Shown: one piece after another, positions 27,023-40,500 of the stretch | Position numbering within the stretch: position 1 is the stretch's first letter | Layout of the letters: every line of letters begins with the position of its first letter | Assembly: GCA_964016885.1 (NCBI GenBank) | Contig: OZ024740.1 | Span: 22,940,001 to 23,004,000, forward strand | DNA length: 64,000 nucleotides | From: Eledone cirrhosa | Taxonomy: Eukaryota | Direction of reading: 5' to 3' | Notes under the pieces: generated by a model | What the model saw: the letters and a program-made list of their open reading frames with translations, nothing else | Database searches by the model: none | Told to the model about the DNA's origin: nothing | Position numbers and translations under genes: made by a program

Positions 27023-30000
27023 ATAGATTCAGTGATGGTATATACACCAGTGGTAAGTAGATTAAATGATGGTATATAAACCAGTGGTAAGTAGATTCAG
27101 TGATGGTATATAAACCAGTAGTAAGTAGATTCAGTGATGGTATATGGACCAGTGGTAAGTAGATTCAGTGATGGTATATATACCAGTGGTAAGTAGATTC
27201 AGTGATGGTATATGAACCAGTGGTAAGAAGATTCAGTGATGGTATATGAACCAGTGGTAAGTAGATTCAGTGATGGTATATGAACCAGTAGTAAGTAGAT
27301 TCAGTGATGGTATATGAATCAGTGGTAAGTAGATTCAGTGATGGTATATGAACCAGTACTAAGTAGATTCAGTGATGGTATATGAACCAGTGGTAAGTAG
27401 ATTCAGTGATGGTATATGAACCAGTGGTAAGTAAATTTAGTGATGGTATATGAACCAGTAGTAAGTAGATTCAGTGATGTATATGAACCAGTGGTAAGTA
27501 GATTCAGTGATGGTATATAAACCAGTGGTAAGTAGATTCAGTGATGGTATATGAACAAGTAGTAAGTAGATTCAATGATGGTATATAAACCAGTGGTAAG
27601 TAGATTCAGTGATGGTATATGAATCAGTGGTAAGTAGATTCAGTAATGGTATATGAACCAGTGGTAAGTAGATTCAGTGATGGTATATAAACCAGTAGTA
27701 ACTAGATCCAGTGATGTTATATGAACCAGTAGTAAGTAGATCCAGTGATGGTATATGAACAAGTAGTAAGGAGATTCAGTGATGGTATATGAACCAGTAG
27801 TAACTAGATTCAGTGATGGTATATGAACCAGTGGTAAGTAAATTCAGTGATGGTATATGAACCAGTAGTAAGTAGATTCAGTGTTGGTATATAAACCAGT
27901 GGTAAATATATTCAGTGATGTTATATAAACCAGTGGTAAGTAGATTAAATGATGGTATATAAACCAGTGGTAAGTAGATTCAGTGATGGTATATGAATCA
28001 GTGGTAAGTAGATTCAGTGATGGTATATGAACCACTGGTAAATAGATTCAGTGATGGTATATGAACCAGTGGTAAGTAGATTCAGTGATGGTATATGAAC
28101 CAGTGGTAAGTAGATTCAGTGATGGTATATGAACCAGTAGTAAGTAGATTCAGTGATGGTATATGAACCAGTGGTAAGTAGATTCAGTGATGGTTTATAA
28201 ACCAGTGGTAAGTAGATTCAGTGATGGTATACGAACCAGTAGTAAGTAGATTCAGTGATGGTATATGAACCAGTAGTAAGTAGATTCAGTGATGGTATAT
28301 GAACCAGCAATAAGTAGATTCAGTGATGGTATATAAACCAGTGGTAAGTAGATTCAGTGATGGTATATAAACTAGTAGTAAGTAGATTCAGTGATGGTAT
28401 ATGAACCAGTGGTAAGTAGATTCAGTGATGGTATATAAACCAGTGGTAAGTAGATTCAGTGATGGTATATGAACAAGTAGTAAGTAGATTCAGTCATGAT
28501 ATATGAACCAGTGGTAAATAGATTCAGTGATGGTATATGAACCAGTAGTAAGTAGATTCAGTGATAGTATATAAACCAGTGGTAAGTAGATTCAGTGATG
28601 GTATATGAACCAGTAGTAAGTAGATTCAGTGATGGTATATAAACCAGTGGTAAATAGATTCTGTGATGGTATATACACCAGTGGTAAGTAGATTAAATGA
28701 TGGTATATAAAGCAGTGGTAAGTAGATTCAGTGATGGTATATAAATCAGTGGTAAGTAGATTCAGTGATGCTATATGAACCAGTGGTAAGTAGATTCAGT
28801 GATGGTATATGAACCAGTGGTAAGTAGATTCCGTGATGGTATAAGAACCAGTGGCAAGTAGATTCAGTGATGGTATATAAACCAGTGGTAAGTAGATTCA
28901 GTCATGATATATGAACCAGTGGTAAATAGATTCAGTGATGGTATATGAACCAGTAGTAAGTAGATTCAGTGATAGTATATAAACCAGTGGTAAGTAGATT
29001 CAGTGATGGTATATGAGCCAGTAGCAAGTAGATTCAGTGATGGTATATGAACCAGTAGTAAGTAGATTCAGTGATGGTATATGAACCAGCAATAAGTAGA
29101 TTCAGTGATGGTATATAAACCAGTGGTAAGTAGATTCAGTGATGGTATATAAACCAGTAGTAAGTAGATTCAGTGATGGTATATGGACCAGTGGTAAGTA
29201 GATTCAGTGATGGTATATAAACCAGTGGTAAGTAGATTCAGTGATGGTATATGAACCAGTGGTAAGCAGATTCAGTGATGGTATATGAACCAGTGGTAAG
29301 TAGATTCAGTGATGGTATATGAACCAGTAGTAAGTAGATTCAGTGATGGTATATGAATCAGTGGTAAGTAGATTCAGTGATGGTATATGAACCAGTACTA
29401 AGTAGATTCAGTGATGGTATATGGACCAGTGGTAAGTAGATTCAGTGATGGTATATGAACCAGTGGTAAGTAAATTCAGTGATGGTATATGAACCAGTAG
29501 TAAGTAGATTCAGTGATGGTATATAAACCAGTGGTAAGTAGATTCAGTGATGGTATATGAACCAGTGGTAAGTAAATTCAGTGATGGTATATGAACCAGT
29601 AGTAAGTAAATTCAGTGATGGTATATAAACCAGTGGTAAGTAGATTCAGTGATGGTATATGAACAAGTAGTAAGTAGATTCAGTGATGGTATATAAACCA
29701 GTGGTAAGTAGATTCAGTGATGGTATATGAATCAGTGGTAAGTAGATTCAGTAATGGTATATGAACCAGTGGTAAGTAGATTCAGTGATGGTATATAAAC
29801 CAGTAGTAACTAGATCCAGTGATGGTTAATGAAGCAGTAGTAAGTAGATCCAGTGATGGTATATGAACCAGTAGTAAGGAGATTCAGTGATGTTATATGA
29901 ACCAGTAGTAACTAGATTCAGTGATGGTATATAAACCAGTGGTAAATATATTCAGTGATGTTATATAAACCAGTGGTAAGTAGATTAAATGATGGTATAT

Positions 30001-33000
30001 AAACCAGTGGTAAGTAGATTCAGTGATGGTATATGAATCAGTGGTAAGTAGATTCAGTGATGGTATATGAACCAGTGGTAAATAGATTCAGTGATGGTAT
30101 ATGAACCAGTGGTAAGTAGATTCAGTGATGGTATATGAACCAGTCGTAAGTAGATTCAGTGATGGTATATGAGCCAGTAGTAAGTAGATTCAGTGATGGT
30201 ATATGAACCAGTGGTAAGTAGATTCAGTGATGGTATATAAACCAGTGGTAAGTAGATTCAGTGATGATATATGAACCAGTGGTAAATAGATTCAGTGATG
30301 GTATACGAACCAGTAGTAAGTAGATTCAGTGATGGTATATGAACCAGTAGCAAGTAGATTCAGTGATGGTATATGAACCAGTAGTAAGTAGATTCAGTGA
30401 TGGTATATGAACCAGTGGTAAGTAGATTCAGTGATGGTATATAAACCAGTGGTAAGTAGATTCAGTGATGGTATATGAACCATTGGTAAGCAGATTCAGT
30501 GATGGTATATGAACCAGTGTAAGTAGATTCAGTGATGGTATATGAACCAGTAGTAAGTAGATTCAGTGATGGTATATGAATCAGTGGTAAGTAGATTCAG
30601 TGATGGTATATGAACCAGTAGTAAGTGGATTCAGTGATGGTATATGAACCAGTGGTAAGTAGATTCAGTGATGGTATATAAACCAGTGGTAAGTAGATTC
30701 AGTGATGGTATATGAACCAGTGCTAAATAGATTCAGTGATGATGTATGAATCAGTGGTAAGTAGATTCAGTGATGGTATATGAACCAGTAGTAAGTAGAT
30801 TCAGTGATGGTATATGAACCAGTGGTAAGTAGATTCAGTGATGGTATATAAACAAGTGGTAAGTAGATTCAGTGATTGTATATGAACAAGTAGTAAGTAG
30901 ATTCAGTGATGGTATATAAACCAGTGGTAAGTAGATTCAGTGATGGTATATGAATGAGTGGTAAATATATTCAGTTATGGTATATAAACCAGTGGGAAGT
31001 AGATTCAGTGATGGCATATGAACCAGTGGTAAGTAGATTCAGTGATGGTATATGAACCACTGGTAAGTAGATTCTGTGATGGCATATGAACCAGTGGTAA
31101 ATATATTCAGTGATGGTATATAAACCAGTGGTAAGTAGATTCAGTGATGATATATGAATCAGTGGTAAGTGGATTCAGTAATGGTATATGAACCAGTGGT
31201 AAGTTGATTCAGTGATGGTATATAAACCAGTGGAAAGTAGATTCAGTAATGGTATATAAACCAGTGGTAAGCAGATTCAGTGATGGTATATGAACCAGTG
31301 GTAAGTAGATTTAGTGATGGTATATGAACCAGTGGTAAGTAGATTCAGTGATGGTATATGAACCAGTGGTAAGTAGATTCAGTGAAGGTATATATACCAC
31401 TAGTAAGTAGATTCGTTGATGGTATATAACCAGTGGTAAGTAGATTTAGTGATGGTATATAAACCAGTAGTAAGTAGATTCAGTGATGGTATATAAACCA
31501 GTAGTAAGTAGATTCAGTGATGGTATATGAACCAGTGGTAAGTAAATTGAGTGATGGTATATAAACCAGTGGTAAGTAGATTCAGTGATGGTATATGAAC
31601 CAGTGGTAAGTAGATTCAGTGATGGTATATGAACCAGTGGTAAGTATAGTCAGTGATGGTATATGAACCAGTGGTAAATAGATTCAGTGATGGTATATGA
31701 ACCAGTGGTAAGTAGATTCAGTGATAGTATATGAACCAGTGGTAAGTAGACTCATTGATGGTATATGAACCAGTGGAATGTAGATTCAGTGATGGTATAT
31801 GAACCAGTGGTAAGTAGATTCAGTGATGGTATATGAACCAGTAGTAAGTAGATCCAGTGCTGATATATGAATCAGTGGTATGTAGATTCAGTGATGGTAT
31901 ATGAACCAGTTGTAATTAGATGCAGTGATGGTATATAAATCAGTGTTAAGTAGATTCAGTGATGGTAAATGAACCAGTGGTAAGTATATTCAGTGATGGT
32001 ATATGAACCAGTGGTAAGTAGATTCAGTGATGGTATATGAACCAGTGGTAAGTAGATTCAGTGATGGTATATGAACCAGTGGTAAGTAGATTCAGTGATG
32101 GTATATAAACCAGTGGTAAGTAGATTCAGTGATGGTATATGAACCAGTTGTAATTAGATTCAGTGATGGTATATAAACCAGTGGTAAGTAGATTCAGTGA
32201 TGGTATATGAACCAGTGGTAAGTAGATTCAGTGATGGTATATGAACCAGTGGTAAGTAGATTCAGTGATGGTATATGAACCAGTGGTAAGTATAGTCAGT
32301 GATGGTATATGAACCAGTGATAAATAGATTCAGTGATGGTATGTGAACCAGTGGTAAGTAGATTCAGTGATGGTATATGAACCAGTTGTAATTAGATGCA
32401 GTGATGGTATATAAATCAGTGTTAAGTAGATTCAGTGATGGTAAATGAACCAGTGGTAAGTATATTCAGTGATGGTATATGAACCAGTGGTAAGTAGATT
32501 CAGTGATGGTATATGAACCAGTTGTGAGTAGATTCAGTGATGGTATATGAACCAGTGGTAAGTAGATTCAGTGATAGTATATGAACCAGTGGTAAGTAGA
32601 TTCAGTGATGGTTTATGAACCAGTGGAATGTAGATTCAGTGATGGTATATGAACCAGTTGTCAGCAGATTCAGTGATGGTATATGAACCAGTGGTAAGTA
32701 GATTCAGTGATGGTATATAAACCACTGATAAGTAGATTTAGTTATAGTATATTAACCAGTGCTAAGTAGATCCAGCGATAGTATATGAACCAGTGGTAAA
32801 TAGATTCAGTGATGGTATATTACCCAGTGATAAGTAGATTCATTGATGGTATATTAACCAGTGGTAAGTAGATTCAGTGAAGGTATATTAACCAGTGGTA
32901 AGTAGATTCAGTGATGGTATATAAACCAGTAGTAAGTAGATCCAGTGATGGTATATGAACCAGTGGTAAGTAGATTCAGTGATGGTATATGAACCAGTAG

Positions 33001-35540
33001 TAACTAGATTCAGTGATGGTATATGAACCAGTGGTAAGTAAATTCAGTGATGGTATATGAACCAGTAGTAAGTAGATTCAGTGATGGTATATAAACCAGT
33101 GGTAAATAGATTCAGTGATGGTATATAAACCAGTGGTAAGTAGATTCAGTGATGGTATATGAATCAGTGGTAAGTAGATTCAGTGATGGTACATGAACCA
33201 GTGGTAAATAGATTCAGTGATGGTATGTGAACCAGTGGTAAGTAGATTCAGTGATGGTATGTGAACCAGTGGTAAGTAGATTCAGTGATGGTATAATAAC
33301 AAGTGGCACGTAGATTCAGTGATGGTATATAACCCATTGGTAAGTAGATTCAGTGATGATATATGAACCAGGGGTAAATAGATTCAGTGATGGTATACGA
33401 ACCAGTAGTAAGTAGATTCAGTGATGGTATATGAACCAGTAGCAAGTAGATTCAGTGATGGTATATGAACCAGTAGTAAGTAGATTCAGTGATGGTATAT
33501 GAACCAGCAATAAGTAGATTCAGTGATGGTATATAAACCAGTGGTAAGTAGATTCAGTGATGGTATATAAACCAGTAGTAAGTAGATTCAGTGATGGTAT
33601 ATGAACCAGTGGTAAGTAGATTCAGTGATGGTATATAAACCAGTGGTAAGTAGACTCAGTGATGGTATATGAACCATTGGTAATCAGATTCAGTGATGGT
33701 ATATGAACCAGTGTAAGTAGATTCAGTGATGGTATATGAACCAGTAGTAAGTAGATTCAGTGATGGTATATGAATCAGTGGTAAGTAGATTCAGTGATGG
33801 TATATGAACCAGTAGTAAGTAGATTCAGTGATGGTATATGAACCAGTGGTAAGTAGATTCAGTGATGGTATATAAACCAGTGGTAAGTAGATTCAGTGAT
33901 GGTATATGAACCAGTGCTAAATAGATTCAGTGATGATATATGAATCAGTGGTAAGTAGATTCAGTGATGGTATATGAACCAGTAGTAAGTAGATTCAGTG
34001 ATGGTATATGAACCAGTCGTAACTAGATTCAGTGATGGTATATAAACCAGTGGTAAGTAGATTCAGTGATGGTATATGAACAAGTAGTAAGTAGATTCAG
34101 TGATGGTATATAAACCAGTGGTAAGTAGATTCAGTGATGGTATATGAATGAGTGGTAAATATATTCAGTTATGGTATATACACCAGTGGTAAGTAGATTC
34201 AGTGATGGCATATGAACCAGTGGTAAGTAGATTCAGTGATGGTATATAAACCAGTGGTAAGTAGATTCTGTGATGGGATATGAACCAGTGGTAAATAGAT
34301 TCAGTGATGGTATATAAACCAGTGGTAAGTAGATTCAGTGATGGTATATGAATCAGTGGTAAGTGGATTCAGTAATGGTATATGAACCAGTGGTAAGTTG
34401 ATTCAGTGATGGTATATAAACCAGTGGAAAGTAGATTCAGTAATGGTATATAAACCAGTGGTAAGCAGATTCAGTGATGGTATATGAACCAGTGGTAAGT
34501 AGATTCAGTGATGGTATATGAACCAGTGGTAAGTAGATTCAGTGATGGTATATGAACCAGTGGTAAGTAGATTCAGTGAAGGTATATAGACCACTAGTAA
34601 GTAGATTCGTTGATGGTATATAACCAGTGGTAAGTAGATTTAGTGATGGTATATAAACCAGTAGTAAGTAGATTCAGTGATGGTATATGAACCAGTGGTA
34701 AGTAAATTGAGTGATGGTATATAAACCAGTGGTAAGTAGATTCAGTGATGGTATATGAACCAGTGGTAAGTAGATTCAGTGATGGTATATGAACCAGTGG
34801 TAAATAGATTCAGTGATGGCATATGAACCAGTGGTATGTAGATTCAGTGATGGTATATAAATCGGTGGTAAGTATATTCAGTGATGGTATATGAACCAGT
34901 GGTAAGTAGATTCAGTGATGGTATATGAACCAGTGGTAAGTAGATTCAGTGATGGTATATGAACCAGTAGTAACTAGATTCAGTGATGGTATATGAACCA
35001 GTGGTAAGTAGATTCAGTGATGGTATATGAACCAGTGGTAAGTAGATTCAGTGATGGTATATAGACCACTAGTAAGTAGATTCGGTGATGGTATATAACC
35101 AGTGGTAAGTGGATTCAGTGATGTTATATGAACCAGTGGTAAGTAGATTCAATGATGGTATATAAACCAGTGGTAAGTAGATTCAGTGATGGTATATAAA
35201 CCAGTAGTAAGTAGATTCAGTGATGGTATATGAACCAGTGGTAAGTGGATTCAGTGATGGTATATGAACCAGTGGTAAGTATATTCAGTGATGGTATATA
35301 AAACAGTGGTAAGTAGATTCAGTGATGGTATATAAACCAGTGGTAAGTAGATTCAGTGATGGTATATGAACCAGTGGTAAGTAGATTCAGTGATAGTATA
35401 TGAACCAGTGGTAAGTAGATTCAGTGATGGTATATAAAACAGTGGTAAGTAGATTCAGTGATGGTATATGAACCAGTCGTAAGTAGATTCAGTGATGGTA
35501 TATGAACCAGTCGTAAGTAGATTCAGTGATGGTATATGAA
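25950..35540. repeat. ~9.6-kb block, copy 1 of a duplication at offset 11,621 (copy 2 at ~37570-47160)
   Basis: GTGACGGTATGT 26050/37671; identical 63-aa spurious ORFs at 27844/39465; TTCGTTG 31414/43035 and 34608/46229; CAGTCGT 35478/47099. Confidence 0.92.
28600..35540. repeat. Block duplicate of ~4270-11200 (offset 24,331)
   Basis: AAAGCAG 4381/28712, TTCGTTG 7083/31414, GATCCAGCG 8441/32772, GTGCTAAAT 9583/33914. Confidence 0.88.
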
Positions 35541-37569
35541 CCAGTGCTAAGTAGATTCAGTGATGGTATATGAATTAGTGGTAAGTAGATTCATTGATGG
35601 TATATGAACCAGTGGTAAGTAAATTCAGTGATGGTATATGAACCAGTTGTTAGTAGATACAGTGATGATATATAAACCACTGATAAGTAGATTTAGTTAT
35701 CGTATATTAACCAGTACTAAGTAGATCCAGCGATAGTATATGAACCAGTGGTAAATAGATTCAGTGATGGTATATTACCCAGTGATAAGTAGATTCATTG
35801 ATGGTATATTAACCAGTGGTAAGTAGATTCAGTGAAGGTATATTAACCAGTGGTAAGTAGATTCAGTGATGATATATGAATCAGTGGTAAGTAGATTCAG
35901 TGATGGTACATGAACCAGTGGTAAATAGATTCAGTGATGGTATGTGAACCAGTGGTAAGTAGATTCAGTGATGGTATGTGAACCAGTGGTAAGTAGATTC
36001 AGTGATGGTATAATAACAAGTGGCACGTAGATTCAGTGATGGTATATGAACAAGTAGTAAGTAGATTCAGTGATGGTATATAAACCAGTGGTAAGTAGAT
36101 TCAGTGATGGTATATGAACCAGTGGTAAGTTGATTCAGTGATGGTATATAAACCAGTGGAAAGTAGATTCAGTAATGGTATATAAACCAGTGGTAAGCAG
36201 ATTCAGTGATGGTATATGAACCAGTGGTAAGTAGATTCAGTGATGGTATATAAACCAGTAGTAAGTAGATTCAGTGATGGTATATAAACCAGTGGTAAGT
36301 AGATTCAGTGATGGTATATAAACCAGTGGTAAGTAGATTCAGCGATGGTATATGAATGAGTGGTAAATAAATTCAGTTATGGTATATAAACCAGTGGTAA
36401 GTAGATTCAGTGATGGTATATGAACCAGTGGTAAGTAGATTCAGTGATGGTATATAAAACAGTGGTAAGTAGATTCAGTGAAGGTATATAAACCAGTGGT
36501 AAATAGATTCAGTGATGGTATATAAACCAGTGGTAAGTAGATTCAGTGATGGTATATGAATCAGTGGTAAGTAGATTCAGTAATGGTATATGAACCAGTG
36601 GTAAGTAGATTCAGTGATGGTATATAAACCAGTGGAAAGTAGATTCAGTGATGGTATATGAACAAGTAGTAAGTAGATTCAGTGATGGTATATAAACCAG
36701 TGGTAAGTAGATTCAGTGATGGTATATGAATGAGTGGTAAATATATTCAGTTATGGTATATAAACCAGTGGTAAGTAGATTCAGTGATGGCATATGAACC
36801 AGTAGTAAGTAGATTCAGTTATGGTATATAAAACAGTGGTAAGTAGATTCAGTGATAGTATATAAACCAGTGGTAAGTAGATTCAGTGATGGCATATGAA
36901 CCAGTGGTAAGTAGATTCAGTGATGGTATATGAATCAGTGGTAAGTAGATTCAGTAATGGTATATGAACCAGTGGTAAGTTGATTCAGTGATGGTATATA
37001 AACCAGTGGAAAGTAGATTCAGTGATGGTATATGAACCAGTGGTAAGTAGATTCAGTGATGGTATATGAACCAGTGGTAAGTAGATTCAGTGATGGTATA
37101 TGGACCAGTGGAAAGTAATTCAGTGATGGTATATGAATCAGTGGTAAGTAGATTCAGTGATGGTATATAGACCACTAGTAAGTAGATTCGGTGATGGTAT
37201 ATAAACCAGTGGTAAGTAGATTCAGTGATGGTATATGAACCAGTGGAAAGTAGATTCAGTGATAGTATATGAACCAGTGGTAAGTGGATTCAGTGATGGT
37301 ATATGAACCAGTGGTAAGTAGATTCAGTGATGGTATATAAACCATTGGTAAGTAGATTTAGTGATGGTATATAAACCAGTAGTAAGTAGATTCAGTGATG
37401 GTATATGAACCAGTGGAAAGTAGATTCAGTGATAGTATATGAACCAGTGGTAAGTGGATTCAGTGATGGTATATGAACCAGTGGTAAGTAGATTCAGTGA
37501 TGGTATATGAACCAGTGGTAAGTAGATTCAGTGATAGTATATGAACCAGTGGTAAGTAGATTCAGTGAT

Positions 37570-40500
37570 GGTATATGAACCAGTGGTAAGTAGATTCAGT
37601 GATGGTATATGAACCAGTGGTAAGTAGATTCAGTGATGGTATATGAACCAGTGGTAAGTAGATTCAGTGACGGTATGTGAACCAGTAGTAAGTAGAATCA
37701 GTGATGGTATATGAACCAGTAGTAAGTAGATTCAGTGATGATATATGAATCAGTGGTAAGTAGATTCAGTGATGGTATATGAACCAGTAGTAAGTAGATT
37801 CAGTGATGTTATATAAACCAGTGGTAAGTAGATTCAGTGATGGTATATGAACCAGTGTTAAATAGATTCAGTGATGGTATATGAACCAGTGGTAAGTAGA
37901 TTCAGTGATGGTATATGAACCAGTAGTAAGTAGATTCAGTGAAGGTATATAAACCAGTGGTAAGTAGATTCAGTGATGGTATATGAACCAGTGGTAAGTA
38001 GATTCAGTGATGGTATATGAACCAGTGGTAAGTAGATTCAGTGATGGTATATGAACCAGTGGTTAATAGATTCAGTGATGTTATATTAACCAGTGCTAAG
38101 TAGATTCAGTGATGGTATATGAATTAGTGGTAAGTAGATTCAGTGATGGTATATTAACCAGTGGTAAGTAGATTCAGTGATGGTATATGAACCCGTTGTA
38201 AGTAGATTCAGTGATGATAAATAAACCAGTGGTAAGTAGATTTAGTGATGGTATATTAACCAGTGTTAAGTAGATCCAGCGATAGTATATGAACCAGTGG
38301 TAAATAGATTCAGTGATGGTATATGAACCAGTGCTAAGTAGATTCAGTGAAGGTATATTAACCAGTGGTAAGTAGATTCAGTGATGGTATATTAACCAGT
38401 GGTAAGTAGATTCAGTGACGGTATATAAACCAGTGTTAAGTAGATTAAGTGATGGTATATAAACCAGTAGTAACTAGATCCAGTGATGGTATATGAACCA
38501 GTAGTAAGTAGATCAAGTGATGGTATATGAACCAGTAGTAAGTAGATTCAGTGATGGTATATGAACCAGTAGTAACTAGATTCAGTGATGGTATATGAAC
38601 CAGTAGTAAGTAGATTCAGTGATGGTATATAAACCAGTGGTAAATAGATTCAGTGATGGTATATACACCAGTGGTAAGTAGATTAAATGATGGTATATAA
38701 ACCAGTGGTAAGTAGATTCAGTGATGGTATATAAACCAGTAGTAAGTAGATTCAGTGATGGTATATGGACCAGTGGTAAGTAGATTCAGTGATGGTATAT
38801 ATACCAGTGGTAAGTAGATTCAGTGATGGTATATGAACCAGTGGTAAGAAGATTCAGTGATGGTATATGAACCAGTGGTAAGTAGATTCAGTGATGGTAT
38901 ATGAACCAGTAGTAAGTAGATTCAGTGATGGTATATGAATCCGTGGTAAGTAGATTCAGTGATGGTATATGAACCAGTACTAAGTAGATTCAGTGATGGT
39001 ATATGAACCAGTGGTAAGTAGATTCAGTGATGGTATATGAACCAGTGGTAAGTAAATTTAGTGATGGTATATGAACCAGTAGTAAGTAGATTCAGTGATG
39101 TATATGAACCAGTGGTAAGTAGATTCAGTGATGGTATATAAACCAGTGGTAAGTAGATTCAGTGATGGTATATGAACAAGTAGTAAGTAGATTCAATGAT
39201 GGTATATAAACCAGTGGTAAGTAGATTCAGTGATGGTATATGAATCAGTGGTAAGTAGATTCAGTAATGGTATATGAACCAGTGGTAAGTAGATTCAGTG
39301 ATGGTATATAAACCAGTAGTAACTAGATCCAGTGATGTTATATGAACCAGTAGTAAGTAGATCCAGTGATGGTATATGAACAAGTAGTAAGGAGATTCAG
39401 TGATGGTATATGAACCAGTAGTAACTAGATTCAGTGATGGTATATGAACCAGTGGTAAGTAAATTCAGTGATGGTATATGAACCAGTAGTAAGTAGATTC
39501 AGTGTTGGTATATAAACCAGTGGTAAATATATTCAGTGATGTTATATAAACCAGTGGTAAGTAGATTAAATGATGGTATATAAACCAGTGGTAAGTAGAT
39601 TCAGTGATGGTATATGAATCAGTGGTAAGTAGATTCAGTGATGGTATATGAACCACTGGTAAATAGATTCAGTGATGGTATATGAACCAGTGGTAAGTAG
39701 ATTCAGTGATGGTATATGAACCAGTGGTAAGTAGATTCAGTGATGGTATATGAACCAGTAGTAAGTAGATTCAGTGATGGTATATGAACCAGTGGTAAGT
39801 AGATTCAGTGATGGTTTATAAACCAGTGGTAAGTAGATTCAGTGATGGTATACGAACCAGTAGTAAGTAGATTCAGTGATGGTATATGAACCAGTAGTAA
39901 GTAGATTCAGTGATGGTATATGAACCAGCAATAAGTAGATTCAGTGATGGTATATAAACCAGTGGTAAGTAGATTCAGTGATGGTATATAAACTAGTAGT
40001 AAGTAGATTCAGTGATGGTATATGAACCAGTGGTAAGTAGATTCAGTGATGGTATATAAACCAGTGGTAAGTAGATTCAGTGATGGTATATGAACAAGTA
40101 GTAAGTAGATTCAGTCATGATATATGAACCAGTGGTAAATAGATTCAGTGATGGTATATGAACCAGTAGTAAGTAGATTCAGTGATAGTATATAAACCAG
40201 TGGTAAGTAGATTCAGTGATGGTATATGAACCAGTAGTAAGTAGATTCAGTGATGGTATATAAACCAGTGGTAAATAGATTCTGTGATGGTATATACACC
40301 AGTGGTAAGTAGATTAAATGATGGTATATAAAGCAGTGGTAAGTAGATTCAGTGATGGTATATAAATCAGTGGTAAGTAGATTCAGTGATGCTATATGAA
40401 CCAGTGGTAAGTAGATTCAGTGATGGTATATGAACCAGTGGTAAGTAGATTCCGTGATGGTATAAGAACCAGTGGCAAGTAGATTCAGTGATGGTATATA

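Noticed and set aside
27844-28035. 63-aa minus-strand ORF, identical to 39465-39656
   Set aside because: The identity reflects the 11,621-bp block duplication, not protein conservation.
39465-39656. Second copy of the 63-aa ORF
   Set aside because: Spurious repeat translation inside the duplicated block.
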